From assembly GCA_036012755.1 (NCBI GenBank), contig DASCPX010000016.1, positions 96,001 to 160,000 on the forward strand: 64,000 bases of DNA. Direction: 5' to 3'. Positions within the stretch are counted from its first letter, which is position 1. Every line of letters starts with the position of its first letter. Origin of the DNA: Myxococcota bacterium. Lineage in GTDB: Bacteria; Myxococcota_A; UBA796; CAJQPC01. Both the position numbers and the translations under genes were made by a program. Below are positions 57,253 through 64,000 of the stretch, piece after piece. The notes below the pieces were generated by a model that worked only from the letters and a program-made list of their open reading frames with translations, did no database searches and was not told the origin of the DNA.

Positions 57253-58017
57253 ATGGAAGGGATCTTCGATCTCGTGGGCTTCGCCTCGCGGAGGATCGGC
57301 CACGCGCTGCTGCTCTCCGGCGTGGGCTGGGATGTGCGCATCAAGTCCAAGCGACACCTGCATTTTCGCTGCGCCCGGGGGGCGGGAGGGATCAGCCTGC
57401 GCGTGCCCGGACAGGTGCTGGTCAAGCTCCCGCTGGGAGTCCCGGTGCCGGGAGCCAAGGCCTTCCGCGACGGCGACGGCTTCTTCGCCGTAGATCCCCA
57501 CGATGTCTTCTCGGGGCCCGCGATCACCCGCTGTCTGCACCAGGCAGGCGTGAGGCGGGTCGAGACCCGCGGCGACCACCTCGAGCTCTCCTTCGACGAC
57601 CACTCCGACTGGCGGGTCACGAGCGCTGCCCTGGCCGCGGTCCTGCGACTCTCGGACGCCATCGTCTACGCGCGCTTCGGCGCGCCAGTGTTCAGGCTGG
57701 GCCTGGCCCTCGGCCGCCACGAGGCCTTCGGCGTGATCGCTGGCCGGGCGGTGCGGCTGCGCTTCGCACACAGCGGGGCCGACCTCTTCGTCCACGCCCG
57801 TGGCAGGGAGTTCCACGCCCTGGCAGGCGATCCGGCGGAGTCCTCCTTCGTGCTCGGCGCCCTGAGGCGACTGGGCGCGCACATCGCCCCGGACGGGGTC
57901 CACTCACAGACTCCGCCCCTGTCTCCAGAGGCCCTCCTCGAGCGGGTCGAGGCCCTCGTCCTCGCCGCAGAGGTCCTCGACGACCGAGTCGCGGCGAGGC
58001 TGCGCCGAGCCAGCTGA
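57253..58017 (+). CDS. Hypothetical protein
   Basis: Fills the co-directional gap; protein-like composition. Confidence 0.6.
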   Translation: MEGIFDLVGFASRRIGHALLLSGVGWDVRIKSKRHLHFRCARGAGGISLRVPGQVLVKLPLGVPVPGAKAFRDGDGFFAVDPHDVFSGPAITRCLHQAGVRRVETRGDHLELSFDDHSDWRVTSAALAAVLRLSDAIVYARFGAPVFRLGLALGRHEAFGVIAGRAVRLRFAHSGADLFVHARGREFHALAGDPAESSFVLGALRRLGAHIAPDGVHSQTPPLSPEALLERVEALVLAAEVLDDRVAARLRRAS

Positions 58018-58055
58018 GGGCGGGGGCGGGGGTTATTCCCGCTCCGAGGTGACCG

Positions 58056-60182
58056 ATGCTGATCGCGCTTTGCGCCCTGTTGTCCGACGACGTCCGTGCC
58101 GACGAGGGCATGTGGCTGCCCGAGCAGCTCCCCGACATGGGCGAGGAGCTCGCCGGCATGGGCCTGGAGCTCTCTGCCGAGCAGCTCGCCGACACCAGCC
58201 AGGCGCCGCTGGGGGCCATCGTGAGCTTCGGCGAGTACTGCTCGGCGAGCTTCATCTCTGCCGATGGGCTCATCGGCACCAACCACCACTGCGTCACGGG
58301 GCTGCTCCAGTTCAACTCGGACGCCGAGCACGACTACGGCACCGACGGCTACCTCGCCGAGACCCGCTCGGACGAGCTCTCCGGAGGCCCCACGGCTCGG
58401 GCCTACGTGGTCGACGACATCACGGACGTCACGGAGTCGGTGAAGGCCAAGGTCCGCCGCTGGACCAAGGACAAGAAGCGCTACGAGCTGGTCGAAGAGG
58501 CCAAGAAAACCCTCGTGGCCGAGTGCGAGGAGACCCCGAACCACCGCTGCCTCGTCGCCGAGTACTACGGCGGTCGACAGTACCGGCTCATCTCGCGGCT
58601 GGAGATCAAGGACGTGCGAGTCGTCTACGCTCCGCCCGACTCGGTCGGGAACTACGGGGACGAGATCGACAACTGGATGTGGCCGCGCCACGCGGGCGAC
58701 TTCTCCCTGGTGCGGGCATACGTCGCCCCGGATGGCTCCAGCGCCGAGTACAGCGAGGACAACATCCCCTACTCCCCGCCTCACCACCTCCAGATCGACG
58801 CCACCGGCGGGGCTGACGGGGAGTTCGTGATGGCCGCCGGATACCCCGGCCGCACCTACCGCTACCGGACCGCGCGCTCGATGGCGTTCTCGGCCGAGAC
58901 CGCCTACCCCCACGGTGTCCAGATGGCGGACGACATCCTCGCCATCCTCCACGCCGAGTCCGCCAAGGACCCGGAGGGTGCCGCGCGGCTCAAGGCCCCC
59001 ATCGGCTGGATCTCCAACGGCCGCAAGTACCGCCAGGGCAACCTGGACAACTTCCAGGGCTCCGGCGTCGTCGAGCGCAAGAACAAGCAGTGGGCCGAGC
59101 TCGTCGCGTGGGTCGAGGCGGATCCGGTCGACACGAAGATCTATGGCCCGGTGCTGGGGGAGATGGAGGCCATCCAGATCGAGGACGAGGCGCTCTACGA
59201 GCAGGAGGTCACCCTCGGCTACATGATGTGGCTCGCCAGCCAGCTCGACGCGGCCCACACGGCCTACCGGTGGTCCATCGAGCGGGACAAGTCCGATCTG
59301 GAGCGCGACAGCGGCTACCAGGATCGCGACCGCGAGCAGACGGAGCAGTGGTTCGCAGAGGCGCAGGAGACCACCTGGATCCCGGCGGATCGCGTCCTGC
59401 TCGGCCACTTCCTGGGCCGCATGCAGGCCCTCCCAGAGGACAAGCATCCCGAGGCGCTGGATGCCTGGCTCGAAGAGATGGGTGGCGTCGAGGCGGCCCT
59501 GGAGATCCTCTACGCAGAGGGCAACCTCCTCACCGCAGACCAGATGGCTGCGCGCCTCGATCTCGGCGCCGCCGAGCACCGGGCGGACGAAAACCCGTGG
59601 ATGCAGCTCGCCATCGCGTTGGAAGACGGCTTCCTCGCGCCGAAGCGGGAGCTCGACGAGACGCGCCAGGGTGCCTGGCTTCGCCTCATGCCGCTGTACA
59701 TGGAGGCTCTGCGCCAGAGCCGGGAGCAGGTCTACCCGGACGCCAACAACACCCTGCGCCTGACCGTCGGCCACGTGAAGGGCTACCGGCCGGCCGACGC
59801 GGTGATCTACGAGCCGAACACGACGCTCTCGGGCATGGTCGCCAAGCGTGGTGACTGGCCCTTCGACGCCCCCGAGCGCCTCGTCGAAGCGGCCGCTGAC
59901 GTCGAGGACAGCCGCTGGTACGACGCGGAGCTCGGGGACGTGCCTGTCTGCTTCCTGAGCACCCTGGACTCGACCGGCGGCAACTCGGGCTCGGCCACGC
60001 TCAACGCACAGGGGCAGCTCGTCGGCTTCCTCTTCGACGGCAACTACGAGTCCATGAGCGCCGACTGGCTCTTCGACGACGCCGTGACCCGCTCGATCCA
60101 CGTCGACATCCGCTACGTGCTCTGGATCCTCGAGACCGAAGGCGCCACGCACATCCTCGATGAGCTGGACATCTCCGAGTGA
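58056..60182 (+). CDS. S46 family dipeptidyl peptidase
   Basis: DEGMW, CSASFIS..GL..TNHHC, DNWMWPRHAGDF, YPDANNTLR, TGGNSGS, FDGN. Confidence 0.95.
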   Translation: MLIALCALLSDDVRADEGMWLPEQLPDMGEELAGMGLELSAEQLADTSQAPLGAIVSFGEYCSASFISADGLIGTNHHCVTGLLQFNSDAEHDYGTDGYLAETRSDELSGGPTARAYVVDDITDVTESVKAKVRRWTKDKKRYELVEEAKKTLVAECEETPNHRCLVAEYYGGRQYRLISRLEIKDVRVVYAPPDSVGNYGDEIDNWMWPRHAGDFSLVRAYVAPDGSSAEYSEDNIPYSPPHHLQIDATGGADGEFVMAAGYPGRTYRYRTARSMAFSAETAYPHGVQMADDILAILHAESAKDPEGAARLKAPIGWISNGRKYRQGNLDNFQGSGVVERKNKQWAELVAWVEADPVDTKIYGPVLGEMEAIQIEDEALYEQEVTLGYMMWLASQLDAAHTAYRWSIERDKSDLERDSGYQDRDREQTEQWFAEAQETTWIPADRVLLGHFLGRMQALPEDKHPEALDAWLEEMGGVEAALEILYAEGNLLTADQMAARLDLGAAEHRADENPWMQLAIALEDGFLAPKRELDETRQGAWLRLMPLYMEALRQSREQVYPDANNTLRLTVGHVKGYRPADAVIYEPNTTLSGMVAKRGDWPFDAPERLVEAAADVEDSRWYDAELGDVPVCFLSTLDSTGGNSGSATLNAQGQLVGFLFDGNYESMSADWLFDDAVTRSIHVDIRYVLWILETEGATHILDELDISE

Positions 60183-60256
60183 TCCCGGTCCTCGCGCTCG
60201 CCCTTGGAGAGCCGCTGGTCCTGAGCCAGGTCACCCTCGGACCGCCGAAACGCTAG

Positions 60257-61078
60257 GTGTACCGCCTCCTGGTCCTGGACCTCGACGGCACGATCCTCGA
60301 CAGGGAGGGTCGGCTCGCCGACAGGGACGTCGCCGCCGCTCACGCCCTTCGGGATCGTGGGATCGGCGTCACTCTCTGCACGGGCCGCCTCTTCACCGGC
60401 ACCCAGTGGGTCGCGCAGGAGCTCGGCGTGCGGGGCTCGGTGGGGGTGGCCAACGGCAGCGAGCTCATCGACGCCGACAGCGGCGAGACCCGCCACGGCG
60501 TCTACGTCGATCGGGACGCCCGGATGCTGGCCCGGGAGCTGTTGGAGGCATCGTCCCTGACGCCCTTGTTGTTCTCCTCGCGCACCATCCACCTGGGGCG
60601 GGCATCGCAGTGGCGGGCGCCCTACCTCAGCGTCTGGACCCCTCGAATCCAGCTCCACGACGAGCTGCTCGAGGCCTCGGCCTGGGATGACGAGGACATC
60701 GTCGCCGTCAGCGCCGTCGGAGAGGCTGCGGCCATCGAGGACCTTCGTCGCCGACTCCACCGGGAACTCCCCGGCGAGCACATCAGCTTCTGCTTCGGCA
60801 CCTCTGGAGGCGAGAGCTTCCTGGAGCTTCGGCGCGGTGGCGAGGACAAGGGCACCGCGCTGGTTCGCCTGGCCTCCGAGCGCGCCCTCGGCCCGGAAGA
60901 GACCGTGGCCGTCGGGGACTGGCTCAACGACCTCCCGATGTTCGAGCGCGCCGGCCGCTGTTTCGCCATGGGCCAGAGCACCCCAGAGGTGAAGGCCGCC
61001 GCCGGCGAGGAGCTCGAAGCCGAGCACAGCGGGGCCATCGCCGAGGTCGCCGAGCGCGTCTGGGGGATCCGCGCCTGA
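60257..61078 (+). CDS. Cof-type HAD hydrolase
   Basis: DLDGT, CTGR, NG, DKG, AVGDWLNDLPMF. Confidence 0.9.
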   Translation: MYRLLVLDLDGTILDREGRLADRDVAAAHALRDRGIGVTLCTGRLFTGTQWVAQELGVRGSVGVANGSELIDADSGETRHGVYVDRDARMLARELLEASSLTPLLFSSRTIHLGRASQWRAPYLSVWTPRIQLHDELLEASAWDDEDIVAVSAVGEAAAIEDLRRRLHRELPGEHISFCFGTSGGESFLELRRGGEDKGTALVRLASERALGPEETVAVGDWLNDLPMFERAGRCFAMGQSTPEVKAAAGEELEAEHSGAIAEVAERVWGIRA

Positions 61079-61126
61079 GGGTTCGGGGCGCTGCCCACCA
61101 GCCTCGATGGCTGATACTCGGGGTTC

Positions 61127-61627
61127 ATGCCCCCCAAGAAGAAGAAGCGAAGCCGAGCAGAGGCGCTGGTCGTGCTGTTGTTCTGCGCGCCGATCGCGTT
61201 GTTCGCCGGGCGCGAGACCGCCAGCTACGCCGACGCGCTGTTCTGGCGGGCGGGCATGCTGCCCTCTCACGACATCGTCGAGGCCGAGGTCGTCCACAAG
61301 GAGCGGATCACCCGGCGAGCGAGCCGTCCGGAGCAGCTCCTGCTGACCTGGGCCTGGGTCGATGAGGAGGGCGAGCACCAGGACCTCCAGCCCGTGGCGG
61401 CGAGCACCTATGACCGCACGGACATCGGCGACTCCATCACCGTCCTCGTCGACGAGGGGGGCCAGAGCATCATCTCGGGCTGGAAGGACAACGGCGAGCG
61501 GCTCTTCTACGACGCCGCCATCACCGGGGTGCTCGGGCTGCTCACGCTGGTCTTCGGGCTCGCCGGACTGGGGGGCATCAAGCGGCTCTTCAGCGGTAGA
61601 GCTCCACCCAGTCGCGGAGGTAGCTAG
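61127..61627 (+). CDS. Two-TM membrane protein (DUF3592-like)
   Basis: TM - small beta domain (GDSITVLVD) - TM. Confidence 0.65.
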   Translation: MPPKKKKRSRAEALVVLLFCAPIALFAGRETASYADALFWRAGMLPSHDIVEAEVVHKERITRRASRPEQLLLTWAWVDEEGEHQDLQPVAASTYDRTDIGDSITVLVDEGGQSIISGWKDNGERLFYDAAITGVLGLLTLVFGLAGLGGIKRLFSGRAPPSRGGS

Positions 61628-62813
61628 GCCGCGCCTCGATCCAGTTGCGCATGCACTGGAGCTCGTTTTCGCGCTGGAGCTCGCTGTACCAGCTCCGCGT
61701 GTCCTGGGAGGAGAGCTCGTCGATGAGCACCAGGCGCTCCTCCATCGTGGCGACGAGGTCGGCCTCTTCCATGCGATCGGCGTGGTCCAGCAGGCCATCG
61801 AAGATGAGGTCCCTACACTCGACGTCGCTCCAGCAGCGGCTCGTGAGGTAGCCGTTGGAGTGATCGGCCGGGTTCGTGCCCAGCTCGCCGCAGTGGGGGG
61901 AGGCGGACCAGGGGTACCAGCCGAAGGCCAGGTCGGTGCTCCACGGGGTCCAGTGGAAGCGCCCGGTCGAGGGCACGTGGTGGACCCGGTAGTTGTTGAT
62001 GTTCCAGCCGTAGTTGTCGTAGTGCGCGATGGCCATCTCGGCTGTGATCTGGCGGATGAACTCGTCCCAGTCGACGAGCTCTGCCGTGGCCTCCTTGAAG
62101 TCCGTCGCCGTGGCGGCCTCGCAGAGCTCGAACAGCGCCAGGGTGTCGCCCTCGGTGTCGGTCTCCCAGCAGTCGCAGCCGGCGTCGGCGAGATCGCAGC
62201 CGTAGTTGAAGGAGCCGGCCTCCCAGGTGCCGCCGTCGCCGTCGTCGAACCAGCGGTCGTTGAAGACGCGGTTCTGCTTCTCGAGCAGAAGGTAGATGCC
62301 GTAGTCCTCGCCGTTGATGGAGAGGTGGGCATAGGCCGAGCGCGACGCCGGCACCTGCACCGTGCGGAAGTAGAGGTAGGCGAGGTGCTCGTGCAGGTTG
62401 CTCGGGTCGTAGGTCATGTTGTGGACGTAGACCGACGACAGCCCGTCCCAGTGCTGGGTCTCGACGTAGCGGTTGAAGTCCAGGATCAGCGAGGGCTTGT
62501 CGTCGATCGTGCGGTACTGGGTGTGGCCCTTCAGCCGCGCGCCGATGTCGATCTCCTCTCCGTCGTCCAGGAGCAGCTGCACCTCTGTGTAGGTCGTCGG
62601 GTTGTACTGCAGCGAGGTCCAGGCGTAGTCGCCGATCTCCAGGTGGATCGTGTGCACGTAGCTGTCGTCGAAGGTGACCTCGCCGTCGGTCCCCGGGTCG
62701 ACGCCGCCGACCTCCTCGAGTCCCGTGTCGGGCACGTACTCCTCGCCGGGCACCACGAAGACCCCGGTGGAGCCGAGGGGGACGGAGGCGGTGCAGGCGA
62801 AGAGCAGGAGCAA
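61590..62813 (-). CDS. CotH kinase family lipoprotein
   Basis: GARLKG, KPSL, HDNY-like HYDNY...NNY, PWSTDLAFG. Start TTG 62813 inferred. Confidence 0.88.
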   Translation of the reverse strand: MLLLFACTASVPLGSTGVFVVPGEEYVPDTGLEEVGGVDPGTDGEVTFDDSYVHTIHLEIGDYAWTSLQYNPTTYTEVQLLLDDGEEIDIGARLKGHTQYRTIDDKPSLILDFNRYVETQHWDGLSSVYVHNMTYDPSNLHEHLAYLYFRTVQVPASRSAYAHLSINGEDYGIYLLLEKQNRVFNDRWFDDGDGGTWEAGSFNYGCDLADAGCDCWETDTEGDTLALFELCEAATATDFKEATAELVDWDEFIRQITAEMAIAHYDNYGWNINNYRVHHVPSTGRFHWTPWSTDLAFGWYPWSASPHCGELGTNPADHSNGYLTSRCWSDVECRDLIFDGLLDHADRMEEADLVATMEERLVLIDELSSQDTRSWYSELQRENELQCMRNWIEARPSYLRDWVELYR

Positions 62814-62830
62814 GGACACAGGGTAGCCTC

Positions 62831-63730
62831 TCAGGGGCCGCTGACCGTGCCTTGTCCACCCGCGAAGCCGAACCAGCCCGGGAAGCTGTAGTAGTCGGCG
62901 GTGCCTCCGGGGGTGCCGCCGCTCCCGCCGGCTGCGGCGATGCGCAGGACCACCTCGCCGTCGACGGTCCACGAGGACAGGGTGCCCAGCTGTGTCTCTC
63001 CAGAGCTGATCAGCGAGACGTAGTCGGGGTTCTCGTTGTTCCAGCCCCACAGCGCCGTGGTGCTCGGCGAGCCCGAGGCGTTGTTCAGGCCCCTGATGAA
63101 GGGGATCGCCACCAGGTGGTTGAAGCTGCCGCCGCTGCAGCGGACATCCCAGGCCTCCATCGAGAACTCGCCGCTGGAGTAGGTCGTCTGGTTCCTCAGG
63201 GCGTTGGAGCCCCCGAGGAAGGCCGTGAAGTGCTCCGTGTCCGCCGAGATGGTCATCGCGTCCCGGTCGAAGACGTGGGTGTTCGCCGTGTGGTCGTCGT
63301 CCTCGTCGATGAACTCCACGACGTACCAGGCAGCGTCGGTGGTGTCGTAGTAGCCGAGCAGCACGTCCTCGTCTTCGTCCACGGTCCCGGTGACGGGGAG
63401 CGTGACGGTGACGGGCTCGGAGAAGGTCGTGTCGTCCGGGCCGAAGTCCCAGGCTGCGGTGACGACGTCGTCCGCTGGGAGCTCGACCTCGCCGTCCTCG
63501 AGCTGCCGGATCGTGATCTCGACGTCCGCATCGAGGGCTCCGGCGGGCACGGTCACCGAGGCGCCACCAGGGTGCTCGATGGTGCCGCCGTCAGGCCCGA
63601 TGACCTCTGTGACCTCGCCCTCCGGGTCACTGTCGTCGGTCTGGGAATCGTCGGTCTGGACCTCGGAGTCGTCGGTCGGCGCGACCGGATCGTCCGGATC
63701 CCCGTTGCAGGACAGGAGGAGCAGCAGCAT
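62831..63730 (-). CDS. Lipoprotein with ZU5-like domain
   Basis: MLLLLLSC; IGPDGGTI...VTVPAGAL...FGP...FSEPVTVTLP...HFT. Confidence 0.78.
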   Translation of the reverse strand: MLLLLLSCNGDPDDPVAPTDDSEVQTDDSQTDDSDPEGEVTEVIGPDGGTIEHPGGASVTVPAGALDADVEITIRQLEDGEVELPADDVVTAAWDFGPDDTTFSEPVTVTLPVTGTVDEDEDVLLGYYDTTDAAWYVVEFIDEDDDHTANTHVFDRDAMTISADTEHFTAFLGGSNALRNQTTYSSGEFSMEAWDVRCSGGSFNHLVAIPFIRGLNNASGSPSTTALWGWNNENPDYVSLISSGETQLGTLSSWTVDGEVVLRIAAAGGSGGTPGGTADYYSFPGWFGFAGGQGTVSGP

Positions 63731-63767
63731 GGCCGGAGGCTACTCCTTCAGACTCCAGCTGGCGCGG

Positions 63768-64000
63768 TCAGAGCGGCGCTATCTCCTCGGAGATGCGCGA
63801 GAGGGCGACGGCTCGGATCTGCGCGCTCAGGCCGTGGCTGTCCTCGCCGGCGTGGACGATGACCAGCTCGTCGAGCTCCAGGTCCTCGATCGCGCGAGCC
63901 ATCGAGCGGGTTCGGCGGGGAGCGTCCGTGAGCTTGAACTCGAAGCCGACTCGACGCGGGGCACGCTGGACCAGCAGGTCGAGCTCGGCGCCGTCATGGG
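63768..64000 (-). CDS. C-terminus of an ATP-binding protein with DUF4143 nuclease-like domain (partial)
   Basis: Own translation HDGAELDLLV...GFEFKLTDAPRRTRSM...DLELDELVIVHAG...APL*. Confidence 0.8.
   Translation of the reverse strand, partial: HDGAELDLLVQRAPRRVGFEFKLTDAPRRTRSMARAIEDLELDELVIVHAGEDSHGLSAQIRAVALSRISEEIAPL

Noticed and set aside
63768..64000. DUF4143 ATPase as part of a defence island
   Set aside because: Only the C-terminus is visible and no neighbouring defence genes lie in the window.

Overview
High-GC bacterial chromosome segment, probably Myxococcota-like. That assignment is inferred from gene content (gshB, FadL-type barrels, PEGA, CotH, S46 peptidase), not from a search. 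Bases 1-10300 are the replication-origin block: gyrB(partial)-recF-dnaN-[oriC]-dnaA, then divergent rpmH-rnpA-yidD-yidC-jag-mnmE. Housekeeping and envelope genes follow, including an orphan sigma-28 gene with a FlgM-like partner behind a textbook sigma-54 promoter, and two B12 radical-SAM genes around a membrane protein. A ~17 kb lipid-catabolic cluster (32156-49414) carries five copies of a 27-bp palindrome in its promoter gaps, next to a MerR-family regulator. Two patterns run across the window: a TANNNT hexamer 6-7 nt before many start codons (leaderless-type genes), and very short signal or lipoprotein peptides without a charged n-region. Two genes are broken by single lesions (an in-frame TAG and a G9 tract). 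No rRNA, tRNA, CRISPR array or mobile element was recognised. All product calls come from motif recognition by eye.
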